From Candidatus Jordarchaeales archaeon (lineage in GTDB: Archaea; Asgardarchaeota; Jordiarchaeia; Jordiarchaeales; Freyrarchaeaceae): a DNA stretch of 32,000 nt. Below are positions 8,405-17,019 of this stretch, one piece after another. Below the pieces are notes generated by a model. It made no database searches and was not told where the DNA came from. It saw only the letters and a list, made by a program, of their open reading frames with translations. Each line of letters starts with the position of its first letter. The first letter of the stretch is position 1. Position numbers and translations under genes: made by a program. The stretch spans positions 29,987 through 61,986 of the forward strand of contig JAWCFL010000002.1 of NCBI GenBank assembly GCA_038858525.1, written 5' to 3'.

Positions 8405-9055
8405 TTACGTTAGTTTAGAGTAGTTTGAGGCTTCAGCCTCAAATGAGCAGATTAAGCCTATGTTCGAGTTAAGTTCTAGGAGGAAAGTATTAAGTTTGAA
8501 AACTGGAATTACGGGAACACCTTTGTGTATCCCTTCTTGTGTTAATGTAATGATGAGGGGGACGACTTTAACATGCCCCCAGCCTGACACTCCCACGTCA
8601 AGGGTTAAGCTGGGAATAGACTTCGCTAGCGCCTTCGCTCTTTCAACGTGTCTCTCTATGCTCTGCTTGCTGGGCATAGTGGTTCTCGGCTTCTTGTAGT
8701 GTTTGCACTCAACGCAAAGTAACAATGGTTTCTTTAGGGCTAGGAGGTCCACCTCAAACCTGCGTCCGCCTTGAGAAAACCTAAAGTTTCTCAGCGAAGA
8801 GTAACCATGCCTAGCGAAGACCTCATCAGAGAAAGCTTCGAAGTCCCTCCACGTGAAAAGGCTGGCCAAGTATTCTACAGTAAAACCGCGGGAGAGAAGA
8901 GCCTCTAATAGGGCGATCTTATCTAGAACGGCTAGACCGTCTTTTTCTCTACGCAAAAAACCATTTTCAAAAAGCGAATATACTAGTTCTCTTAGTTCTT
9001 CATTGGATCTCTGAAGGTCCTCTTCCCTGATAAAACCCCGAATAAGTTTTCCCAT
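8405..9055 (-). CDS. PD-(D/E)XK restriction endonuclease-like (Mrr_cat/NERD-like) protein
   Basis: WRDFEAFSDEVFARHGY ... FEVDLLA ... VECKHY catalytic pattern. Start is ATG 9055 or TTG 9076. Confidence 0.78.
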   Translation of the reverse strand: MGKLIRGFIREEDLQRSNEELRELVYSLFENGFLRREKDGLAVLDKIALLEALLSRGFTVEYLASLFTWRDFEAFSDEVFARHGYSSLRNFRFSQGGRRFEVDLLALKKPLLLCVECKHYKKPRTTMPSKQSIERHVERAKALAKSIPSLTLDVGVSGWGHVKVVPLIITLTQEGIHKGVPVIPVFKLNTFLLELNSNIGLICSFEAEASNYSKLT

Positions 9056-9141
9056 GAGCTCCAATAATGCCACCAAGAAGGCTTATGAAGGCGTTGACAT
9101 TAATTTTTCTCAGTCTTGTACGTCTTTGGAGGCGAGCGAAG

Positions 9142-10266
9142 ATGATACCGATCAACAAGCCTATCCTAGGAAGGGAAGAGGAGGAAAATGTTCTCAGTGT
9201 TTTACGCTCCGGAAACCTCACGGGGAGAGTAAGTGAGAGCGGGATGGTTATGGAGTTCGAGAGGCTCTTCTCGAGTTTTCTAGGGGTAAAATACGCTGTA
9301 GCTGTTAGTTCGGGTACTGCGGCACTCCACGCGTCTTTGCTCGCCATAGATGTTAGGCCGGGCGATGAAGTCATAGTTCCTTCCTTCACGTTCTCAGCCA
9401 CCTGTAACGTCGTGCTACATGTTGGAGCGAAACCTGTTTTCGTAGACATAGACCTTGACACGTACACCATGAACCCCGACGAAGTTAAGAAGACGCTAAC
9501 CCCCAAAACCAAGGCAATCATACCGGTGCACCTTTACGGTCACCCTGCAGATATGAAGCCCATAATGGAAGTGGCGGAGGAAGAAAAAATATACGTGATT
9601 GAGGACGCCGCTCAGGCTCATGGCGCGGAATATAATGGCGTTAAGGTTGGAGGAATAGGGCACTTAGGCTGTTTCAGCTTCTACCCTACAAAAATAATAA
9701 CTACTGGGGAGGGAGGAATGGTCGCTACGAACGACGAGGAACTTGCAGAAAAAATCAGGATGATAAGAAATCAGGGAGAGAGAGGCGACTACGTAACAAC
9801 GCTGCTAGGACACAACTGGAGGCTTCCAGAGATGAACGCCGCAATTGGAGTTGCTCAGATGAGAAGAATCAATGAGTTTCTAGCTAAAAGGCGGAGGAAC
9901 GCAAACCGCCTAACAGAGCTCCTGAGAGAAGTTAAAGAGCTTGTTCTCCCCTTCGAAAAGGGAAAGGCGAGGCATGCTTGGAACATATACACTGTGAGAC
10001 TGAGAGACGAACGAGTAAGAAGAGATGATGTTGTTTCTTTTCTCAGAAAGCGTGGAGTAGGAGCTACAGTTTACTATCCGGTGCCAGTTCACCGGACAAA
10101 GCTCTACATAGAAAGGGGTTATTCTAATGTTTTTCTCCCGGGTACGGAGTTAGCCTCAAAAACCGTTTTTTCTCTTCCAGTTCACCCTTCCATGACGGAG
10201 GAGGATGTTGAAACTGTTGCTTCAGCTGTCAAGCAGTCCTTAGGGGCTTCAGCACTTTCTCCATGA
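9142..10266 (+). CDS. DegT/DnrJ/EryC1/StrS-family PLP-dependent sugar aminotransferase
   Basis: SSGTAALH, PVHLYG, EDAAQAHGA, and FSFYPTKIITTGEGG (PLP lysine). ATG 9142 (MIPINKP) follows GGAGG. Confidence 0.95.
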   Translation: MIPINKPILGREEEENVLSVLRSGNLTGRVSESGMVMEFERLFSSFLGVKYAVAVSSGTAALHASLLAIDVRPGDEVIVPSFTFSATCNVVLHVGAKPVFVDIDLDTYTMNPDEVKKTLTPKTKAIIPVHLYGHPADMKPIMEVAEEEKIYVIEDAAQAHGAEYNGVKVGGIGHLGCFSFYPTKIITTGEGGMVATNDEELAEKIRMIRNQGERGDYVTTLLGHNWRLPEMNAAIGVAQMRRINEFLAKRRRNANRLTELLREVKELVLPFEKGKARHAWNIYTVRLRDERVRRDDVVSFLRKRGVGATVYYPVPVHRTKLYIERGYSNVFLPGTELASKTVFSLPVHPSMTEEDVETVASAVKQSLGASALSP

Positions 10267-10690
10267 CGATTCCATCCTTATCACCGTAATAACGTCTAAT
10301 AACACCCAACCTGTGATACCCCATCTTAGAGTAGAGCTGGAGTGCAGGAATGTTTCCTTCCATAACCTCAAGGCGACATTTCACAGCACCTTGCCTAGCA
10401 AGCTCTTCCTCCAATTTTTCGAGAAGTAACCTCCCAATACCCCTCCTGCGGAAATCAGGTAGAACGCCGATCGTGTAAATTCGGCTTTCATTTTCATCTT
10501 CTATGACACCTATAGTGAAACCCACTATTCTACTGGAGATCATTGCGACGATGGCTACAGATGACGGGTATTCTAGCAGAAGACGGATAAAGTACTTTGA
10601 GAAGTGATGGCGCGGAAAGCATACTTTGTCTATCATGTAAAGCGCATCCAAGTCCTCATCTCTAGCCCTTCTCAGGACAACGCCATTCAT
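10229..10690 (-). CDS. rimI: RimI/Ard1-like GNAT N-acetyltransferase
   Basis: IGVLPDFRRRGIGRLLL (acetyl-CoA motif A), NIPALQLYSKMGY and YYGDKDG. GAGGTG SD upstream. Confidence 0.88.
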   Translation of the reverse strand: MNGVVLRRARDEDLDALYMIDKVCFPRHHFSKYFIRLLLEYPSSVAIVAMISSRIVGFTIGVIEDENESRIYTIGVLPDFRRRGIGRLLLEKLEEELARQGAVKCRLEVMEGNIPALQLYSKMGYHRLGVIRRYYGDKDGIVMEKVLKPLRTA

Positions 10691-10969
10691 GAGCGCGCCA
10701 CCTCAACACAACGATCACCTAAAAAGGAAAGAGCGCCGTAAACGTTTTTTCTCGAAAGTTACGAGTGCCAAGACATCCTTATTAAATCGGGGAGAATTAA
10801 ATGTTCCCGGGTGATTTTTCCACGTTTATCTATCTGGGTGAACTATTAGTGGTCTACTAAGAAAGTTACGCCTCCCCAGCGAAGAAATTCAGAATAGGAA
10901 AGGTTCATAAGTTATTTTTTTGTTGCTATGCTTGATGACGTGTTAGGCTGATTTGTGGGGAGGACCTCG

Positions 10970-11689
10970 TTGCTGGCGCTCGAAATAAGGGACCTAGTTG
11001 TCGAAATCGATGGGAGAAGGGTGCTTGACGGGTTAAACCTTGAGGTGCCTAAAGGAGAGTTACATGTGCTTTTTGGCCCGAATGGATCAGGTAAAACAAG
11101 TCTCATACTCACCATATTAGGTTTCCCGCAGTACAAAGTATTACGTGGGCGAATAATTCTTAATGGTGAAGATATAACATCTCTTCCAATAAACGAGAGG
11201 ATTAAAAGGGGGATTGGCGTTCTCTTCCAGAACCCTCCGCAGATAAGGGGGGTTCGTCTTGGGGACATCTTAGGTAAGCTAGCGAAGGACGAGTCGCCAA
11301 TGGAGATAGCTAGGAGAGTTAACTTTCCAGCGTTTTACTTGGATAGGGAGTTGAACTGCGGGTTTTCTGGAGGGGAAATAAGGAGGTGCGAGTTGACTCA
11401 ACTTATGGCTCAAAAGCCGAGCTTCCTCCTTCTAGACGAGCCTGACTCCGGGGTTGACGTTGAAAACCTAGAGCTTGTAGGCTCAATTATAAACGAGCTG
11501 GCGAGGGGGCGCTCAGGCATCCTGATAACGCATCTAGGCTATATTTTGAGATACGTGGAGACGCATAGGGCACATGTCATTTTAAAGGGGAAAATCGCGT
11601 GCTCAGGAAGGCCCATAGAGATCTTAGACCACATACTAAAGGAAGGCTACTGGTGGTGCGATAAATGCAAGGAAATGCGAGGTGACTAA
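10970..11689 (+). CDS. sufC: Fe-S cluster assembly ABC ATPase SufC (SmsC type)
   Basis: GPNGSGKT, FSGGE, LLLDEPDSGVD and ITH motifs; C-terminal WWCDKC. TTG 10970 follows GGGGAGG. Confidence 0.93.
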   Translation: MLALEIRDLVVEIDGRRVLDGLNLEVPKGELHVLFGPNGSGKTSLILTILGFPQYKVLRGRIILNGEDITSLPINERIKRGIGVLFQNPPQIRGVRLGDILGKLAKDESPMEIARRVNFPAFYLDRELNCGFSGGEIRRCELTQLMAQKPSFLLLDEPDSGVDVENLELVGSIINELARGRSGILITHLGYILRYVETHRAHVILKGKIACSGRPIEILDHILKEGYWWCDKCKEMRGD

Positions 11690-12929
11690 GATGAGTGAAG
11701 CGTGGGATGAAGAGATAAGGAATCGTGCTTTAAAAGCACTAGATAAGAGGGCAGATTATGGGCCAGACATAAATATATCAGATTTTGTAAGAAGTCCCGG
11801 GGGGCTGGAGGCGAAAAGCGTAGAGGAGTTGCCATCAAGCATTAAAGAACAAGCGGTCATGGTAGGTGTCAGGCCTGACATGAAGGAGAGAGCTGGCACT
11901 TACTTCCAGTTAGACCACTCAGTAGTCTTCAGCGGAGTTAGCAAGTACTTTGATGGAGGAGTCGAGTTTACCAGCACTATAGAGGCAAAGAAAAAGTATG
12001 ACTGGCTTAATAAGTATCTCTGGAGAGCTGTGCCAGTAGATGCTGACAAATATACAGCCCTTGCGGCGTTAGAGTGGGATCATGGATATTTCCTCAGAGT
12101 CGCAGCCGGAAAGAATGTGACTGTACCTCTGCAATCCTGTCTTTACATTTCACGTAACAAACTCGACCAGAACGTCCATAACTTGATCCTAATGGAGCCG
12201 AACTCGGAGGCCCAGATTATAACAGGATGCGTAGTTCATCCCAACGTTTCAAAGGCACTTCACGTAGGCATAACAGAGATATACCTCATGAAGGGGGCTA
12301 AGCTTACCTTCACCATGATCCATAACTGGGCTGAGGGAGTGGACGTGCGTCCCAGAACCGGGATCATGCTAGAGGAGGGGGCCATCTTCATCAACAACTA
12401 CATTAATCTTAAGCCCGTAGGCAGCATCCAAACCTACCCTACAGCTTATTGTAATGGGAAAAATACAACAGCGGTCTTTAACTCCCTGATATACGGTGAC
12501 AGGAAATCAGTCATAGATGTTGGCGGAAGAATAATTTTAGGAGGAAAAGAGAGCAGAGGAGAAGTGAAGTCAAGGGTGATAGCTACTGGAAACGCCGAAG
12601 TGTACTCCCGGGGGTTACTTGTTGGTAAAGAGGAGAAAACACGCGGCCACCTTGAATGCAGAGGCCTGCTTCTTTCAGATGAAGCATTCATTCACGCTGT
12701 CCCTGAACTTCGAGGAGAAAACGGTAAAACAGAGCTAAGCCATGAAGCAGCAGTCGGAAAAATAGCTGAGGAGGCGATATACTACCTTATGGCGCGGGGA
12801 TTTAGCGAAGAAGAAGCGGTATCAATGATAGTGCGAGGCTTCTTAGATACGAGAATATTTGGGCTACCCGAACTACTCAAAAAAGAAGTGGACCACGCAA
12901 TAGACATGGTTCTCTCTTCATCTCTTTAA
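11682..12929 (+). CDS. sufB: Fe-S cluster assembly scaffold SufB/SufD family (SmsB type)
   Basis: QNVHNLI, HNWAEGVDVRP, HLECRGLL, LSHEAAVGKI and YLMARG..EEEA..MIVRGF. Overlaps the sufC stop. Confidence 0.93.
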   Translation: MTKMSEAWDEEIRNRALKALDKRADYGPDINISDFVRSPGGLEAKSVEELPSSIKEQAVMVGVRPDMKERAGTYFQLDHSVVFSGVSKYFDGGVEFTSTIEAKKKYDWLNKYLWRAVPVDADKYTALAALEWDHGYFLRVAAGKNVTVPLQSCLYISRNKLDQNVHNLILMEPNSEAQIITGCVVHPNVSKALHVGITEIYLMKGAKLTFTMIHNWAEGVDVRPRTGIMLEEGAIFINNYINLKPVGSIQTYPTAYCNGKNTTAVFNSLIYGDRKSVIDVGGRIILGGKESRGEVKSRVIATGNAEVYSRGLLVGKEEKTRGHLECRGLLLSDEAFIHAVPELRGENGKTELSHEAAVGKIAEEAIYYLMARGFSEEEAVSMIVRGFLDTRIFGLPELLKKEVDHAIDMVLSSSL

Positions 12930-12952
12930 GACAAAGAGATAAGACAAAGAGA
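12927..12952 (+). repeat. Perfect 13-bp tandem duplication (TAAGACAAAGAGA x2) starting at the sufB stop codon
   Basis: Read directly: 12927-12939 and 12940-12952. Confidence 0.9.
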
Positions 12953-13088
12953 CTCTTCAATTAAAAAGCATTCTAGGAAGGTAGGTATGCTACTCCAAAT
13001 CAGAATCATTAGTAATTAGTTCATAAGTCGAAACAAGACGAAGGAGAATTTAACGCCAGAAGACTGAAAGAAGCACTGTATGAGTTGA

Positions 13089-14699
13089 TCAATAATGAGG
13101 TAGGTTTTTCACGAGCTCCATTAAGGATTCTCCGAGTTTTTTCCATTTTTTCTTCCCCTTCTCGGGGAGGGGGATCTTTACTAATTTAACCCCTTTTCTT
13201 CCACACACTTCTTCTATTCTAGCGTCTTTTTGGTCGTTCTCGATGGGGATTACCACTATTTTGTAGTCGTGCTTTTCAATGAAGTTGCAGATTACATTTA
13301 TCACGTGTTCCTTAGCGTGTAGAGGATCTGGAACTCCTAAGTGCTGTGAAAGAGGGTAAACGTCTTCTACTTCCTCGGGGATAATGCCGAAGAAACTGGA
13401 TTTGAGGACGAACTGTATTTTTCTTTTTATGGGTTCTGGAAGGTTTAGATTTTGCTCTAGAATCTTTCTTTCTCTCGACCTGTAGAATGGACGTGATGAT
13501 GGCTCAGGTAAGATGACAAGTACATCTACTTCTTCAGGCTTTGATAGTGTATCGAGTTTTTTTAGGTGAAATGATACTTCCGGCCTCCTGAGTGATTCTG
13601 GACTGGAAAAAATAATGGCCCTCTTTTTAATAGAGGGAGTGAATCTCGCGATGAAGTGTGAGTACTCACACAGCCTTCTTAAGCCTTTGAGAAGAGCAGG
13701 GTGGCTTTTGCTTCTCGCCTCTAAGAGTTCCCATAGTCTTCCGTCTACGATTGCCTGTCTTATCGCTTGAACCTCGCTGAGCGACACGTAAAGGTTATGC
13801 GTAGCCAGCAGTTTCTCTCTTTCATCTTCAGGCTCCTTGAGGAGCTTCTGAGGGGTATACTCTAAGCATATGGGGCAGCTGCAGGGAAAGAACTTCAACT
13901 CAGAGAGGCTCAGCGTTCCGTGGGGTGTCATATACCTTCCTTCTCTCGCGTATAGCGCGTAAGCAGCCGAGTCAAACAAGTCTATTCCCATTGCTACCGC
14001 GAGCGAGAACATCATAGGATGCCCTGCACCGAAAAGGTGAACCGGCTTCTCTAAAGGAAGGTTTTGTTTGGCCGCCATAACCACATCTACTAAAGCATCA
14101 AAGGAGTAACTTTCCATTAATTGAACCACGCTTCCGACAGCATAAACATTAAAGGGCATCTTTCCGATCTTAGCTGCGCACATCCCCGCTAAATCAGGGT
14201 AAGGGCTTCCTTGAACGGGGCCGACCCAGAGAATGTCGCTCCTCCTCCTCTGGCTGATACTTTTCTCAGCGTTAAAGAGAGTTTCCTTGACGGCTTCTTC
14301 GGCCTCCGCTCTGTTTCTCGTGCCACCCGAAGGAACGTCAAGAATTACTGCTAAGTCGCTTCCTATTTCCTCCTGAAACTCTATTATCTCCTCTTGATTA
14401 ACTTCCAGTTTTCCGTAAACCATAAGTTGGTAGGCTCCCGAGTCAGTCATGACTACTCCGTCAAATCCCAGAGTGGCATGTATACCCTTCGACCTCGCCT
14501 CGTCCGGAATGTGCTTGAGCGTTATCATCGCGTTGGTTATTACACATTCGCAGTTCATCCTTCTAATGGAGGATGGAGGCACTACTAGCCGCGTTGGGTT
14601 AATAACGGGGAGAAGGGCAGGTGTGGTAATCCGCCCACTTTTAGTCTCCAGAAAACCTATTCTCCCCATAAGGTCCTTCTCATGAACTTCAAAGCTCAT
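13089..14699 (-). CDS. tgtA: Archaeal tRNA-guanine(15) transglycosylase (archaeosine pathway), no PUA domain
   Basis: TPALLPVINP, MTDSGAYQL, GPVQG, HLFGAGHP, FDSAAYA, Zn site CSCPIC...HN, and LWELLEAR. Confidence 0.95.
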   Translation of the reverse strand: MSFEVHEKDLMGRIGFLETKSGRITTPALLPVINPTRLVVPPSSIRRMNCECVITNAMITLKHIPDEARSKGIHATLGFDGVVMTDSGAYQLMVYGKLEVNQEEIIEFQEEIGSDLAVILDVPSGGTRNRAEAEEAVKETLFNAEKSISQRRRSDILWVGPVQGSPYPDLAGMCAAKIGKMPFNVYAVGSVVQLMESYSFDALVDVVMAAKQNLPLEKPVHLFGAGHPMMFSLAVAMGIDLFDSAAYALYAREGRYMTPHGTLSLSELKFFPCSCPICLEYTPQKLLKEPEDEREKLLATHNLYVSLSEVQAIRQAIVDGRLWELLEARSKSHPALLKGLRRLCEYSHFIARFTPSIKKRAIIFSSPESLRRPEVSFHLKKLDTLSKPEEVDVLVILPEPSSRPFYRSRERKILEQNLNLPEPIKRKIQFVLKSSFFGIIPEEVEDVYPLSQHLGVPDPLHAKEHVINVICNFIEKHDYKIVVIPIENDQKDARIEEVCGRKGVKLVKIPLPEKGKKKWKKLGESLMELVKNLPHY

Positions 14700-16024
14700 T
14701 GCATCCCTTTCCCCCAGCCTATACCGCGATAGATGAAGCCGGACTCGGCTGCCTTAGCTGGATCAATAATTCTTCTCCCATCTACCAGTAGGGGGATTCT
14801 CATCAATTTCTTAGCTTCCTCAAGGGGGAGCTCAGCGTATTCTTTCCACTCAGTCACAATTATGCAGCAATCTGCTCCCCTTAACGCATTCAGCGATGTT
14901 TCAGCGTAAACAACAGTTTCCCCGAAGATCCCCTTCGCCTTCTCCATGGCTTTAGGGTCATGAACAACTACTTTTGCCCCCCGCTCCAGCAGGGCGTGAA
15001 TTATCTTTATTGACGGAGCTTCTCTCATGTCGTCGGTTTCCGGCTTAAACGCAAGACCAAGAACGGCAATTCTTCTCCCACGTAACTCTCCAAGAACACT
15101 TTCAGCCAGTTCAACCACTCTTAGAGGTTGCCTGTTGTTAACCGTTAAAGCAGCTTCCAAAAGCACTGGGTTGTAATTTTTATTTCTTGCAACCGAGATA
15201 AGCGCCCTCAAATCCTTAGGTAAGCAGGATCCTCCAAAGCCGCAACCAGCTCTCAGGAACTCAGGATTAATTCTAAAGTCAAGACCTATAGCATAGGCAA
15301 CCTGCTTCACATCGACACCGAAAAGCTCGCATATGTTCGCCACCTCATTTATGAATGAAATCTTCATAGCTAGGAAGGCGTTATTGGCGTACTTTATCAT
15401 TTCTGCTGTCCGAAGATCCGTCTTCACAAGGATGCTTTTAATACCGCTGAAGAGCTCCTCAACAACCTTACACGCTCTTTCGTCCCGATAACCTATCACG
15501 ATCCTATCAGGATTCATAAAGTCACGTATGGCGTTTCCCTCACGGAGAAACTCAGGGTTCACGCAAACGCCGAAATCTTTCCCTTCAACTTTACCGGACG
15601 CAGCTTCTATTGTAGGTATGACCAGTTCCTCGGTCGTTCCAGGTATAACCGTGCTCTTAACCACCACCACATGGTAATCGTTTTTTTCAGCTATGCCCGC
15701 ACCTATATCCTCAGCGGCACCTTTAACTCCGCTCAGGTCTACTTCTCCGTTCACGTTTGGGGTTCCAACCGTTATAAAGGATACAGAGGACTTAGCGACA
15801 GCTTCAATGGTGTTGGTTGTTGCTTCCAAGCTCCCTGTACTCCTATGCTTAACAAGCTTTTCGTTTACCCCAGGCTCATAAATAGGTGCTACGCCTCGCC
15901 TTACCAACTCAACCTTGTTAGCGTCTAAGTCAGCTAGAAAAACCCTAAAACCTAAATCCGCAAGGCAAATCCCAGTAACCAAACCAACGTAACCAAGACC
16001 GACAACTGTTATATTTCTATTCAA
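14696..16024 (-). CDS. ugd: UDP-glucose/GDP-mannose/UDP-GlcNAc 6-dehydrogenase family
   Basis: VVGLGYVG, ITVGTP, KSTVIPGTT, NPEFLREG, KYANNAFLA, GFGGSCLPKD (catalytic Cys) and LAFKPETDDMREAP. Substrate cannot be fixed from motifs. Confidence 0.93.
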   Translation of the reverse strand: MNRNITVVGLGYVGLVTGICLADLGFRVFLADLDANKVELVRRGVAPIYEPGVNEKLVKHRSTGSLEATTNTIEAVAKSSVSFITVGTPNVNGEVDLSGVKGAAEDIGAGIAEKNDYHVVVVKSTVIPGTTEELVIPTIEAASGKVEGKDFGVCVNPEFLREGNAIRDFMNPDRIVIGYRDERACKVVEELFSGIKSILVKTDLRTAEMIKYANNAFLAMKISFINEVANICELFGVDVKQVAYAIGLDFRINPEFLRAGCGFGGSCLPKDLRALISVARNKNYNPVLLEAALTVNNRQPLRVVELAESVLGELRGRRIAVLGLAFKPETDDMREAPSIKIIHALLERGAKVVVHDPKAMEKAKGIFGETVVYAETSLNALRGADCCIIVTEWKEYAELPLEEAKKLMRIPLLVDGRRIIDPAKAAESGFIYRGIGWGKGMQ

Positions 16025-16347
16025 ACTATCACCTTAAAGAAAAACTTTGATTGAACTTTCTCCTTTTTAACTCCAATGTAAACTTTAAAACCTTAACGCA
16101 CCTTTAATGACGAACAAAAAATTTTTCACAAGGTAAAACACATCAACGTATTTTTCCATTGCGAAGTATATCTCTGAAACCATCTGCCCGGCATTTTCTG
16201 AGGATCTCCAAAAGACGCTCTAAACGTCTAAATTTATTCCAAAATGGTGCTTTGAACTCGCTTTTTTAAAAAAAGATAAACAAAGAACGAAAACTGAATA
16301 GTTCTTTAAAAAGTCCCGGTCATTCTTAAAAATTCTTCCTTGGGAGA

Positions 16348-16728
16348 TCATTGTGTTTTCCAAGATTTTCTGAGGCGGACCATCAAGCTTCTCAAGCAGG
16401 AAATTTTGGATGGCTCTCCATTAAATTTTTCCATTATTTTTTGTGCGTAGTCAAGGAACTCTTCGAGCTTCGCCTCCTTTCTGAGCATGAAGCATAAAAG
16501 GTTGTAGTCTTTCGCTGAAACCACCACGTTTTTGTCGTCAAAGATCATAGCCTTTGGAACCATATTTCTAGAGGCACCAACCATAAACATAGTATAAAGC
16601 TCAACAAGCATCTTTTGTATCCCGTCTTCCCCGTCGACATTTAACTCCCACTTCATAACAGGGCCATAGACTTTATCCATGTTAAGAAGGGCGACAGACT
16701 TAACACCAGCATTCTTAAGTAAGTCCAT
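16348..16728 (-). CDS. Hypothetical protein with a predicted longin/roadblock/profilin-like alpha-beta fold
   Basis: ATG 16728 has GAGGTGA 8 nt upstream (ORF track uses GTG 16740). The hydrophobic pattern fits b1-b2-a-b3-b4-b5-a, with VALLNMDKVYGPVM resembling the uDENN/longin hD..xGP turn. Fold assignment is by eye. Confidence 0.6.
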   Translation of the reverse strand: MDLLKNAGVKSVALLNMDKVYGPVMKWELNVDGEDGIQKMLVELYTMFMVGASRNMVPKAMIFDDKNVVVSAKDYNLLCFMLRKEAKLEEFLDYAQKIMEKFNGEPSKISCLRSLMVRLRKSWKTQ

Positions 16729-17019
16729 GCAGTCGTTCACCTCTCGCCACTAAGGCGGCGAGCTATTGATATCAAGTTTTGTGTTTTTTCGATGTTACCT
16801 ACAATTTCCAGAGGTGATGCCAAGGTAGCATCAAAAAAACAAAAGGCATTATTCCAAATGACAGCTAATTATTCTTTAATTCTCTTATGTTAGGAGTAGC
16901 GAAAGTATTAAAAGGATAGTTAGGCTATTGATGCTTTCAAAGGGTATAGTTGGTTGTGGGGTGCGTCGAATTTAGTAGCAGGCTTGTGCTGGCACCTATG
17001 CTGTTAGAAAAACTGAGAG

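Noticed and set aside
7786-9521. Long antisense ORFs 7786-8355 and 9000-9521, and similar shadows such as 23356-23928 and 24957-25367
   Set aside because: They lie opposite well-supported genes, have Ser/Thr/Ile-rich shadow composition, and show no motifs.
10933-10951. TGATGA-N9-CTGA box C/D-like (K-turn) motif upstream of sufC
   Set aside because: Too short for a guide sRNA, with no closing stem and no C'/D' boxes; likely chance.
16200-16420. Alternative-frame extension (AIQNFLLEKLDGPPQKILENT...) suggesting a frameshift in the longin-like gene
   Set aside because: The annotated frame already completes the predicted domain, and the alternative frame degrades into low-complexity AT-rich sequence; undecidable without homologues.
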